From Cercozoa sp. M6MM (taxonomy: Eukaryota > Protista > Endomyxa: Ascetosporea): a DNA stretch of 64,000 bases. The position numbers and the translations under genes were made by a program. Where the stretch lies: the NCBI GenBank assembly GCA_040357565.1, contig JBDODJ010000030.1. One strand, given 5' to 3'. The notes under the pieces are model-generated. The model was not told the origin of the DNA, did not search any database, and saw only the letters and a list, made by a program, of their open reading frames with translations. Position 1 is the stretch's first letter, and every line of letters begins with the position of its first letter. Shown here piece after piece: positions 1 to 12,200 of this stretch.

Positions 1-544
1 CGACTGCAACCGGCGCGACTGGCTGTGCCGCGGCGTGGCCGAGTCGCTGCAGCGGCAGCACGCGGTGCTGACGGTGCGGCACGTGGAGGCACTCGGCGTC
101 TCGGTGACACCGGTCGACACCGTGGCACGTGTGCTGCGCGCCTGTGTGACCACTGACCCAGTCACTGAAGTGACTACTGACCCAGTCACTGACATTGATG
201 GTGTGCACGTGCCCGATCACTGCGTGCTGCAGCTGCCGCTGACCTCGCTCTCGCTGGGCCGCGTCTTCCGACTCGCGCGCGCTCTCACGGTGCCGCCTTG
301 CGTCCGCGCGGACACGCCCTTTGCCGACGAATTCGCCTACCATGCGGTGGCGCACTTCTTACCCCCCATTTTACCCCCCCCCCCCCATCTTACCTCCATC
401 TTATCCCCCCCCCCCCCCCCACAGAAACGAGGCAACTGGGCGGCCTACACGGACACGTCGGTGCCCAACGTCAGGGTCACCGAGACACTCGGCTACACCG
501 ATCAGCAGATTCAGCGCTTCCTCCAGCGTTTATTGTCGGAATAG
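1..544 (+). CDS. 3' end of hypothetical protein (5'-partial)
   Basis: GC-rich open frame ending TAG at 544; probable in-frame C-rich intron 347-424 (GTGGCG...CACAG); no family recognised. Confidence 0.55.
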   Translation, partial: DCNRRDWLCRGVAESLQRQHAVLTVRHVEALGVSVTPVDTVARVLRACVTTDPVTEVTTDPVTDIDGVHVPDHCVLQLPLTSLSLGRVFRLARALTVPPCVRADTPFADEFAYHAVAHFLPPILPPPPHLTSILSPPPPPQKRGNWAAYTDTSVPNVRVTETLGYTDQQIQRFLQRLLSE

Positions 545-822
545 ATTGTTTCCTGCACTATGTAACTTTGATCGTTGCTTGCACTGTGCTAGAGATCTAA
601 ACTGCATCAGAACGTGCCAAAATCGTTGAAACAATCAAATTGTAGCCACCTCAGCAATCCTAGCTTCATAGCAGAGGCAATGCCGAACAGTGCTGCGTCT
701 GCAGGTGATACAACTCCGTGGGTGTGCTGCACAGGTGCAGAGGGCCGAAAAGGCGCCAGATCAAAACAGAAGCCAATAAAAAAAGACAGCGGAAGCAAAA
801 ACAGGCACTGAATTGAAGGGGG

Positions 823-1909
823 ATGCAGCGGACGCAGCAACGGCAGCGCCAGACGCAACGTGTCTCACTACGCGGCTCGTGTCGCATCGTGCGCGACTTC
901 TTTGGCCACGCACTGGCGTCGATCCTGTTCCAGCGGGGTCTGTACCCGGAAGCGTAAGCCTGCCCCTAACCCGCCTTCGATAATTACCCCTCTGTTGGGT
1001 GCACAGGTACTTCACACCGACAGTGCAATACGGCGTCAGATTAGTCGGGATTTCTGGTATTTCTTGTGTCCGCGCGGATGCAGGAAAACAAGAGAGTGAT
1101 TGCGCAGACCACGAGCTGCGCGACTACGTCGACGGCGTGCTCGAGCAGCTCGAGTTGTGGCTGCTGTCGTACCTTAACTCCTTTAACCCCCTTCTTTACC
1201 CCCTTCTTTACCCCCCTCTTTACCCCCTTCTCAACCCCCTCTTTACCCCTCCCTCATGCTTTGTAAAGTGGCCACGTGAAAGCTCTAATTTTGCAAGTCA
1301 CGGATCGCGCCGGCAGTAGGGTAGTTTGCCCCAGTCCCTACCCTCTTTACACCCAAACTGTAAAGGTGCGAGAACGGTGGCACTTCGATGTCGAACTTGA
1401 CCGCGAGATCGAAGCTGGAATGTAGTTTTTGGCCCCCCCCCCCCCTCCCTCCTAGCCCTTACACCTTTACCCCCTCTCCCCGAGGCAGTGTGGAAAGCAA
1501 GACAAAGTCAAAGAGCGAGCTGCGACAGGAGATACAGTCGCTGTTGCGACAGATCACGGTGGCCATGTCGGTGCTCCCGCTGCTGCAACCGTCAGTACCA
1601 TCATCATCATCACCGACTGAGTCAGCTGCGCCGGTATCATTGACTGAGACACCGTCACATGACCATAACACTGACACTGATTGCTGCGAGTTCGAACTCC
1701 TCGTGCACGCCGCCGATAACGTCCCGGTGCCACTCAACTGGACCGACGATGCCTCCGGGTATACCCCCCCCCCCCTATACCCGGATACTGTACTATGTGT
1801 TTGTAGGGAACAAACGTCAACAGAGGAACTGCCGCTGCGCGAGTTCTCCACATCGGTGCACACCGTGCAGGCGCGCGTCGGTTTCCTACCCGACCCGACT
1901 GTCTCTTGA
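823..1909 (+). CDS. MAD2: Spindle assembly checkpoint protein MAD2 (HORMA domain), ~7 exons
   Basis: Spliced: VSLRGSCRIVRDFFGHALASILFQRGLYPEAYFTPTVQYG..DHELRDYVDGVLEQLELWL..VRERWHFDV..KSKSELRQEIQSLLRQITVAMSVLPLL..CEFELLVH..VPLNW..EELPLREFSTSVHTV; GT-AG introns e.g. 954-1006, 1169-1268, 1321-1365, 1422-1488, 1759-1806. Confidence 0.93.
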
Positions 1910-2073
1910 CACTGTGTTGCTAACCTTCTCGTCTCAAGTTACGTTTACAAACAATCGGGCTGAATTCTCAAGTACTATAAGAACTCGTCTAGATCGTTTC
2001 AGTCAGTTTTGCGAGTTCCTCCAACGCAAGTCGAGTCTCAGCCAGAGGTGCAGGAGTTCTTAATCCCTTTACT

Positions 2074-2153
2074 TCACTGGCGACCGAGTTCCTTGCCGTC
2101 GCGGCACTCGCACACAGGCTGCAGTACGAGGTGACATCATCTCAAGATAGTTG

Positions 2154-2213
<60 letters not shown>

Positions 2214-2605
2214 ATGAGAAAGAGGCCAATGGTACAGTCAGGTGATCGTTGCAGAAGCCTGGTGACGAACAAACACGTGGGATACAAATTGTGCAAGCAA
2301 GAGACGAGTATTGGTTTGGTACAGTGCGCAGCGTAGTTGACGGGACACGTGATGGAGCACGCCGGGTACTCGCCCGGGTAGGGACTGCAGTTGAGGTTGT
2401 AGTGCTCGCAGCCGAGACCCACACAGCAGGACGACTTGCCTGAGACTGCACATGAAGTAAGTTACAACAAGAATGCCAATTCTTCTCTCAGTTAACACAG
2501 GCACGGGGAGGTGATTGTACCAGGGTCCGGCATGCCTGGGTAGAGGCCGCCCGGCTGGGCAACCACACCGCCGACAGAAAGCAGCACCAGCAGCGACTTG
2601 ATCAT
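2074..2605 (-). CDS. Small secreted cysteine-rich protein A (91 aa, 10 Cys)
   Basis: Exons 2605-2521, 2445-2323, 2258-2236, 2118-2074 with GT-AG introns give MIKSLLVLLSVGGVVAQPGGLYPGMPDPVSGKSSCCVGLGCEHYNLNCSPYPGEYPACSITCPVNYAAHCFCNDHLTPVCECRDGKELGRQ*; N-terminal signal peptide. Confidence 0.8.
2156..2211. repeat. (CA)n microsatellite in intron
   Basis: Perfect CA run. Confidence 0.95.
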
Positions 2606-3076
2606 CTTAATCTACGAACATCACAACACCACGGCGTATGCAATGCTATATCGCAGTTCTTGGGTCGAGGGAGAGCTTACAGTTTAAGGCAAAGTTCACA
2701 CGAAGAAGCGCAACAAACAATTGAAAATCCACCTTTAGTTCAGCAGTGTAAAAACTTACATCTCAGTGGTCGGCGCGGAAATTTATGCCGCAACATTCCA
2801 GTAAACTTAGTCTTTGCGAAGTGCGAAGTGCGAAGGGGGTGTGGTCCTCCATGAACAACTCGGTGTTACAGTATAGCCGGAGTAGGCCGCAATAACGGCC
2901 GATTAATATTGGCTGCATCACTCGCTTGTCGCACTTTTTCTAACTCGCTGCTGGGGCCTACCTGGGAAACCGTCGCAACCGAGGACTGCGCAGGAAGTTT
3001 TCGCGGTGCAACCGCTGAATTGCAGACACTGTCGCTTTTTGCTGTCTTTGGTTTAAATCACATTCACAAGTATCCC

Positions 3077-3677
3077 ATGCGTCTGTTGCTTTTGGTCGCT
3101 GGTCTTATCGTCGCCGCGGTGAGTTATTATTCTGCCGAGTGCGTTTTCGCACTTCTGTGTTCGTGTTGTTTCGCCGACGAATGAAATATTGTGGTGCACG
3201 TGTGCCGTAGAGCGCGACTAGCATGATCGAGCCCGAGCTCGAGAACGTCAACACCTGCTGCTGCATCGGCCGAAAGATTCCGCACGGTGAGAAGAGCAAC
3301 ATCCGCCATTCATCAGCATTGTATTTTCTATTACGGATACGTCACTCTCATGAATGAGTACTTGCAGGCTGGGCTCCGAACGCTGACTGTCCCAGTGGCG
3401 GCCGGTGCGATGCGGTAGGCCGTGTTTCAAATTCTTCGACGTTCATTCAAAGAAATTACCTGTTTGGATAGATGGAGGGAGACTCGGCGAGTTGCGACAT
3501 CTGCTGTGGCCCTGGCTATGTCGCCGACTGCTCGTGCCAGGTACAGCAGATGCACTCTTGTGTTTCAGTACAGTTCCTGTAACTTACATGCTAAATTTAT
3601 TTCCCGTACAGAATGTTGCCGGCACCGAGTTCTCCACCGCAGTGTGCCGCTGCCTCAGCATCACCAGTGACTACTAA
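3077..3677 (+). CDS. Small secreted cysteine-rich protein B (99 aa, 12 Cys), paralogue of A
   Basis: Exons 3077-3118, 3211-3286, 3368-3414, 3472-3540, 3612-3677 give MRLLLLVAGLIVAASATSMIEPELENVNTCCCIGRKIPHGWAPNADCPSGGRCDAMEGDSASCDICCGPGYVADCSCQNVAGTEFSTAVCRCLSITSDY*. Confidence 0.85.
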
Positions 3678-4173
3678 GCGCGACTTACCGCGGAGTGTCA
3701 CCTTTACCTGAGTTCACAGTGTACAAGCACAGTAACCCATGATGCCGCGAACCGACGTTTTGTAAAATCCTGGAACTAACTGCGACTGTTGGGAGTTTGC
3801 GCGATGTATGTCTCGATATGCCGTGTTTCCTGTGATCACAAACGCCACCGGTGCCGACAAGGCCATTTTTTAATAAGGAAACAATAAAAACATTTTAGTG
3901 GGACACAATTATACTAGTCGCCCTTGTACAGAGTGGGGTGCTGTGCCTACTACGGGCGTGTGACTGTGCCTTACTGTACCACAGACGAAGGCGTTCAACC
4001 AGTGATTATTGTTTGAGACGAAGAGTGCAGCACGTTGAACCTTACAGATTGGATTAACTTGCGACTGAACTTGAACTGAACTTGACGTGGCGAAGCGTAC
4101 GTACAGCGGTGAGTCATAACGGAATTTGAGGCCCAGCGAGTGCGGTGCGTTCCAAACGTCAGATCGTTCCCGT

Positions 4174-6782
4174 TCAATCAGTGCATTTCAATCTCGTTCG
4201 TACTCGTGCTGTTGGAGCCGCTGCTTTCGTCGACAGGCGGCCACCTTGAACGCGAGCGCAAGGGCAGACCTCTCTGGCGCGAGAAGTGCTCCAGTGCTCT
4301 TCGTGCGGCAGCTTTGAGCAGCACCTCGGACATATGCGCTCGACACTCGTCGAGTACGTCCTCTTGCTGTCAGCGAAAGTCAAGTGTAAATTGTACACAT
4401 TAAACACGAAAAGACATAACACGGAGACGTACAGCGGGAAGCAAGTCTGTTTCGATCTGGAAGAACTCGTCATCGACGTTGTTTACTTTAACTGCGATGG
4501 AACTGCTCTCGCTCCTGTCGTCTATGTTACTTGTGCCAGCTGAAAGCTCACTCCTGCTTTCGATTCGAACGTCATTGTGATCCACGCGAACAATTTCACT
4601 GGCGATACGCAAGCACTCGCTTCCTCGCCTGCAAATGATAGCGTTAACGTGTCATCACGTATTAGATAGACGGCACACCTCCTTTGGAGCAAACGGCGTT
4701 GCCAGATCACAACTGACATCAAAGCTGTCTGTTGCCAGCAGCGTTTCTCCAAATAACACTTAATTTATTTCAAAAAATAAAGTTGTACATGCAAAGCGAC
4801 AAAATCGGCGAAATTGCGCGCTCTGGCGGCTTCCATTTGGTCCACGTCCAACTGCGAACAGATAGATGTTGTATGTGTTCCACTGGCATGTGTGAATTGA
4901 TCGAACCTCGTTGAACAAATCGTCGGGAGTCACAGCAGTCAGAAAAGCAGCAACAGCATTGCAGTATTTCGAGACATTCCGTGTGTCGACGTCGTTATGA
5001 CCGGCGCCTTGAATGCTACACGCAGAAAAAACAAACACCAAATCGCAACAAGTGAAATTAAAAAACAAAGTGAAGCGAAAAACAATGAAACACAGATGCT
5101 CAACTGACGGTAAACGAAAATTAAACAACATGGAACAACATGAAATCACATGTCACAACGCGAAACAACAACAACAATAATAAATTGAAGGGAAATGAAT
5201 ATTACGTCACAAGCAGTTCCAGCGGCCGTTCTGCTTGCTGTCGATGCAGCTGCGATCGCAGCGTCTCCACAATCGTTCGACCGTGTCTGCACAAAACCGA
5301 AAAAAAACGAGTTTTTCTGGGGTCAAAAGCAAAACAATACAATCAAAAGTTGCAAATAAAGTAAACTTACGAATGAGGAACAACTCGATCTCTGTCGCCA
5401 TGGAGGACAAGCACTGCATTTAGAGTATAACTGGAGATTACAACTTTGAATCTGCGAAAACACACCCTTCACAGTGTTGATTCGCGACAGTCGAAGATGG
5501 GTTGGAAACCAATCGTGCAAGCAGTGGCAGCACCAGGCACACGCTGGAACCTGAGCGCACATAAAAACTGATACACAGCAAGACACAAAAAGCTACGGCA
5601 ACAACACACCACATGGCCAATCGAAAGCAACGGCGTTATCAAAATCACTCCAGCAATGTCGGGATGCTGCTCGGCCAGGTGCATCACAACACCACTGCCT
5701 AGCGAGCGACCTGTTCAATTTCAAACAATCCCATACAGTTCAAAATGCCACAACAACACGAAACAGATCTTTGCTACCAACGAGAACTATTCGATCAGGT
5801 CGGATTCCTTTCGTTTCTGTTCCAATCAAACAAGAAACAAAAGGTATCAAAAGTTGAAACAAACCTGAGTTCAGAGGTAACCTGTGAGGAAGCGCCAGGC
5901 AGCTTCGGCATTCTCGTACAGCGCGTGTTGCGTGGTTCGATCGGCACGTTGAAGACCATAGCCAGTGTAGTCGAAACACAGAACGTTGCACCGATACTGC
6001 TCGGCAAAGCTAATGTAACGATCCACCTGCCGCAAATCCTCCGCGTTGCCACTGGAATAATCAAAGTTCGGATGCATTATATTAGCAAAAGAACAAAACC
6101 AACTGACTGTGCAAACAGAACAGTGAGCGAATCGTTCAAGTCGCGAAACAAACCGTCAGCGTAACGCACTAAACTTATGTTGACAAACAAAATTGAAACA
6201 TGTCATGTTCTGCAACTGAAGAATACCAAAGGATGGCCCAGGTGCCGATCGACCGAAAACATCCTTTCCTTCAGCACAAACATCCGGCGCCTGCCCTATA
6301 CACAAGAAAACACAATATAAAAAACAGACATATAAACCGGTTCCAGGTACCAGGTTCGTCCTCCATGCCGCGCAACTGCAGCGCCAAGTCGGCAACTTCG
6401 CTCAGTTTCGGCAACGTTTTGATCTGGGTAAAGTTTAATTGACAGCGGAGAATCATTTGAGACAGAAAAAGGTACACAAGGATCAAGCGCCTCGTTGAAC
6501 ACTAAGACTCCATGTGTCGTCTCGACGCCGTGGTCACTCTCTCTAACAATGGCAGCAGACAAGTGCAAGAACGTCCTGACTTACACGTTGTGACCAGTGT
6601 ACGTGTGCCTGATTTCGACGAACTCGTGTTCAGTGTATTCCAGTGGCCCGCGCATGGCCTCGAGGAACTCCTCTGTGCGCACACCGAGATACGGATGTCG
6701 TCGGCAAGAAAAACACAAGTAAATTACCCTGGCACCGGACTCTTGGCGCCTGAAAAACACACGCAGAGACGCAAGTTCCCAT
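4174..6782 (-). CDS. ABHD17-like alpha/beta hydrolase (putative depalmitoylase) with C-terminal extension
   Basis: MGTCVSACVFQAP start; YSSGNAEDL, FDYTGYG, nucleophile GRSLGSG (~5690-5712), HGDRDRVVP (Asp), GAGHND (His); further spliced exons run to TGA at 4174. Confidence 0.85.
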
Positions 6783-6907
6783 TTAAAGTCTGTTCTAGTG
6801 CATGATGGCAAGCCATATGGACTGTACTGCTCACAGTCAATCTTCTCTGATCCCTGCCTGTAGCCAAAACAGAAGATAAAAACGACAGTCCCGATCACTT
6901 GTAGCTG

Positions 6908-9151
6908 CTAGTCTGTGTCGTAATTCGAGTCGGTGTACACGGTACTGCACAGTCGGTTGTCAGGTTCAGGGTTGTCGGAGACATAGGTCCACTCGGACGG
7001 TCCTTCCGACTCGGGCGTCGTCGTGGACGATCGCGAGGTCGGTCGTAGCAGCACGTTCTGGCTCAGCGGCTTGTCACCGACACTGAGCCTGATCTCTTCG
7101 GCCAGTTCGATGACATCAGAGACATCGCACGGCGGGTACTGCAAACGGCGTCGTGATAGATTACAAATCGTACATGCAAGAAATGGTTGGTACACGCTGC
7201 AGCATCTGCAGTGCCGTTGAGAAGTCCGCATCGATCAGTTGCGGTTTCAGTCGACTGGACAAACAAGCAAGTGAAAGCTGAGTGGAAAGCTGAGAGAAAG
7301 CTGATTGAAAGCCGAGTGGGGAAAGCTGATTGAAAGCCGAGTGGGGAAAGCTGAGCGAAAGCTGAGTGTACACAATCATGGCGACGCAGCAGAAGTCGAG
7401 AAAGTCGAAGCGCTGCTCATCGGCCAGCAGCGAGTCCCACAGACGCAGACAGTCCGGCAGCGAGAACTGCTGCGACAACAGCAGCGTGAGCCACCGGAAG
7501 GCAAAGAAGCGCGGGTCGATGCCTTGCGCCGTGAGGTGCGAGTGCAATGCTGTATCCGCCTTCTCCAGCAGCGCCATGATTCGCTCGCTGCACACAGCAC
7601 ATCAAGCAACACAAAACACAGAAAGGAAGCGAAAGCTACCAATTTGCCATGACGCCGAATGTTGGATCAGCGTCCAACTACACTTAGATAAAAATTGGGA
7701 ACACATTGAGGGGGTGAAGTAGCATACCGGCTTGGTGAAACGGTCACGCAGTCCAGTCGCCATGAGTGATGTGAAACAATAGAATGCATCAGCTTCGGCG
7801 TAGTCAGCATCGTCGCCTCCTGCAGTCAGAGTGCATCACAGATACCGTCCGCCGGTATACCACAGATAAGTCAGGTACCCAATGGACACGAAGCAAGCAC
7901 ATAGTACACACGTGACAATATCTCGTTCATGCCCTATATGAAGTTAAAGTGTACTTATAACTCATTCGAAAAGACTATACCTGCACATAGCGAATGCCAG
8001 GGTTGAGTCGCGCGAACACAAGACACACTCGAATGAGCACGCCGAAATGAGAGGTTCCCTCGCTCTCCAGCAGGTCATCATCGCTGTCACTAAGTTTAAC
8101 AACCTTGAAGCAACAACATCAAGCTCGAAACAAGCTGAAAGATACAACGGGTCCTTGGCCAGGTGGCTACAGTCACTGTGTGCCGGGTACGTTAGTGATG
8201 CACTCGTTTCCCTATGCATTGGTAACTCAACCTAAATTTTAAAAAGCTTGTTTGAGGTACCTTAGCGGATGGAAAAGAAACGAGAAGGAACGCATTGTTC
8301 TGCGGATGTCTTTGGCCACTTGCTCGCGCAGTCGAGTGTCGTCAAAGTACTTGGACCACTGACCTACAAAAACCAAAGTATCATTTCAAGAATGCAACGA
8401 AACAACTGAGACTACCATCGTCAGAAGTTGCTCCCAACGGATCCTCGGAAGTTTCATTTTCTGGTGGAACCACCACGAGATCCTCCACGAACTTCCTGTA
8501 CGCCTGTTGCAACGAAATGGAAACTCTGGAGACAACGAAAGCCGAGTAAACTACTGCACCTCTCTCCGAGCGGCTAAAACTTCACTCCAAAGTGCCGTTT
8601 CATTCGGAAAATCCAACAGCAGTCGCCAGGCTTTCGATCTCAGATGCCGAGGCAACCCGAGAAAGGCGAGACTTCGCAAGCGGTCCAGATCCACAATGGG
8701 TGCGTCCAGACACTCCACTGTAAATGCTTAAGTTTGTAAGAAAAGAACAAGTCAAAAAGAAAGAGTTCAAACGTCACTTAAACGCACCCAAAGCTGCTGT
8801 TTTTCGACGCAATCTCGCCGATGGCGTCACTGGTGCATTCGACGGCCGCCGAGCTGGCTGCTCAATTACAATATGTTCAACTGATATTTTGCAACATCCC
8901 AGTGGAAGGTGGCGTTTCTCTAGAATCAAACACTATCAAATAAAAAAAACGAAGCCTACGGGTGTGCTCGGTCCCGTGACGGGTGTGCTCGGCGCCGAGG
9001 GCGAAACTGTCAGTGAAGATGTCGAGACTCTTGCCTTCCACTCGTCAAGCTTAGACGACAGCTGTCGCAACATGTGTTGTGCTCACACTAACGATACCTC
9101 TAACTTTGCTTTTGCAGTCCGGAAAGAGGAGTTCAGCCCCATCTCACCCAT
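6908..9151 (-). CDS. TBC1D13: TBC-domain Rab GTPase-activating protein, TBC1D13-like
   Basis: QVAKDIRRT (Arg finger), FARLNPGIRYVQGMNEI (Gln finger), EADAFYCF, IDPRFFAFRWLTLLLSQQFSLPDCLRLWDSLLADEQRFDFLDFCCVAMI, LQYP. Confidence 0.9.
7270..7366. repeat. Imperfect tandem repeat (GAAAGCTGAGTGG-like) filling a TBC intron
   Basis: About 8 copies of gaaagc(t/c)ga core. Confidence 0.8.
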
Positions 9152-9284
9152 TTAATTTTTTTTTTCGTAGATCCGGATTAGGCCGAAGAACGAGTGCAGC
9201 ATCGGTGAAATACGTATTTATACCGGCAGGAGTTGTCCGATCGCTGGCTTCTTTTCGAGCATGCAATAATTATTTTGGTGTCGG

Positions 9285-12200
9285 ATGAGTTTCGCATTGG
9301 CGGTTGAACACTTTCTGTCGGGCCCACCGACAAATTGTGGCGCTGCCGAGATCGACAAATTGATTAAAGCTGCGCTTCCTGCTGCCAACTTTCATCGTGA
9401 TGCAGACCGAGCTGTCCCGAGGTAGCAGGGCTTCAGTCCAAGCGATTTCAAAAAAAAGTTGATGCATGTTGCTTCCCAGAGAGCTCGAAGTCGAGCTGGT
9501 GAGGCATCTCAAGCTTCTGGCCGCCAAGGCAACCGAAAGCCCGCGCCATTGTTTGTGTGGCTTTCTTGTGGCCTCGTTGCAATTCCGTGTGGTCACCATG
9601 CGGAGGTATCCCAGTGTATTTACTTAAACCCACAGTGCTGTTCGATGGGTGTTTTGTTTTGGCTTGGTAACACAGAGAAAAAAACGCCGTGGCCAAGCTT
9701 GCAAAATTTCTCGTCGTTTTCGCAGTGACTTCTCCTAAGCTTCGGCGTGACTTTCGCATCTCGAACTTGGAGAAACGAAGTGAAAGCTTGCCAGACTTTA
9801 TGTTGCGTAAACTGGCACATCTGGCGAGCAGTTATGCGCACTTCTGCTCGTGCGATGCCGACTCCTTCGAGCAGCACTTGCGTACAACACTTGCTTTATC
9901 TAAACGAATTCACAGGAATTGTTTGTTTCTTGAGTAGAGTTCGTTGGAACGTTTGTGCTGCGTGCTGTAAACAACACGGTGAAGACTTGCGTCGCACTTG
10001 ATCAGTTCAACACTGTGGTGTCGCTGTTGCAAAGTGATGCTTTCACTCTGGTATTTATCTTGTGTTGCTTTTCAAAGCGAGTCATCAGCTTTGTTGTAGT
10101 GCACGAAAGCGTTTCCGTTCGAGGCGTGGAATACGCAGTGTGTGCTGTGCACGGCTGCTTCCGTTCATTCTGTTCGATCGGGCTGCAAGAAGAACATCGA
10201 AGCAGGCGGTGAGGCTTTATCGAAATTCGAGTTGGCGTGGAAGCTTCATTCTCTAGCGTGTGCCGGTATGATTTGCTTCACAACTTTCAGTTGTTCTGTC
10301 TGTTTGACTTTGAGGCTTAGCACTGCGCACAATGGACGACTTGAAGAAAGCAAGCCACGACACGCAATGTTCCTTGGCGTTCGAAACAATGCGAGTTGCT
10401 GCTGCAGCAATGTCGTGCAGCACCTCCGACAATAGCAACGTTGATATCGCCTGGAAATTCTTCGAGTCTGCCTTCGTTCTTCTCAGACATATTGGTACTT
10501 TTATCTGTTTTCAGTTGCGTTATTTTTACTCAGGCGTTTCCAACTTTGTTATTTGAAACGACGTTAGACTTGACCGATCGAAAAGAACTACTGCAGCACG
10601 CGTTGAAGTACTCCTCGGCGTTTTTTGGCTTAAGTGCTCGCAAAGAGTACTCTGTTTTCTCGTTTTGGTTTTTCCGTGAATTACAGGTGTGAAACAGAAA
10701 GTTCGAAACTGCGCTCAAGACGCTGCGACTGCAGTTGTTTTTTGCACGAAAGCTGAAGGAGAAATGCACGGACCGTTTGCACGAAATCGTGGCCAGTTTC
10801 GTTGCTTTGAAGACTCGTGCCATGCCGTACTTAAGCTCTTTTGTTCTTTCGCTTTTCGAGCTTGGAAGTCAGCTTTGTATGTTAGAACACTCGAGTTGGC
10901 GTCCAGTTGGACAGCATCAATGCTTCTGTTTGAAAGCAAGAGTGAAAGCTCGGTTGATTGCGAGCTCAAGCGGCAGTTGTTGAGGTTTCTCTGCTCAGTT
11001 TGTGTCTGTGTGTTTTCAAAGCGAGAGTATTTTTGGGCAGACTGGAGTTGAAGCAGGTGCGCCTTGTGTTTTCTGCCTCGCGTAGGAGGTGTGTGCGACA
11101 AGAAGTCGTTGTTTTGGCCGAGTTGCTTCGGCAGTGCTCAAGTTGCGACGCCAAAAGCACAGTTGAGCAAGCGCTCCTCTTACTCGAAAGAGCATCGTGT
11201 GCGACAGAACTCGCCTTTTTGGGTGGTAAGAGAAACTGTACATTTTCTGCTTTTGTATAGTTTAATGCATTGGAACAGAAGCCGACGAGACTGAGCGTTT
11301 TTTGAAGGAAACACTCGCGCTAACCGAAGGAAGCAGCGACGTTAGTTTGCGAGTGATCGAATGTGCCGCACTCGGTCGCAAACTGCTGCACAAGTTCCGA
11401 AACACGCGAAACGCCGCCATTCTGTGTGAAAGTGACGGCGATGTTTTCGTCTTGCTGCGCAGCTTTGCTTCGTGCCTCTCTCATCTGTACTAGTTGCTAT
11501 GCCACCTTTGTCATAACTTTAGCCTTTGTGTCTGTGCAGAAAAGAGAAGACATTGAGCGAGCTGGAACTGCGCGTTGCGCACGTGGCGATCGTTTCGTTG
11601 GCGAAAGTCGCCGATTTCTGCGAACTTTGCGGTTTGTACACGCTCCAGGCCGTTACGCTTTCCCTGTGCTCTGAGGTACTTTAGGTCTTGTGTCCTTTTG
11701 ATTTTGTGTTGCTGCACTGCCTGTTCTTTGTCTAAAGGTGGCTCAGACTGCGACATTGATCGACTCTGATTTTGAGGCGAAACTGGCGCGTGCCTTGTGT
11801 CGAGTTGGCGATACAAAAGCTGACTCGATTGTCGAACGCCTACGCAAAATGGAGCTTTCACCGCAAACGACGCTCGTTCTGGCTCGTACTTTGAGCATTT
11901 TGGGTCGTTATTAGATGCTTTGAGTTGTGGTTGCAGGACACCTGATGACGCGGGCGAAAGAACAGTCCGACGTGGAGGATGGCGCTGCAATGGCGAAAGC
12001 AGTGTTTGCACCGATCGAACGCAAGCGTCGTCGCATCGAAAGTACTTGCTCCTTTTAGTGAAGAAGATATAATTCACCGCGTTTGATTGTGTTGCAGGCA
12101 AGAAAGAGAAAGCATCGCTGAGTGACCGCGAGAAATTGCTGCGAATTGAAGTAAGTAATCGAGTAGCTTTCAAGCAAACAGGTGGTACTTTTACTCTTTC

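Noticed and set aside
335-470. USP-type His box (YHAVAHF..GNWAAYTD) in the first gene
   Set aside because: The only plausible GT donor (347) removes VAHF, so the resemblance disappears after splicing
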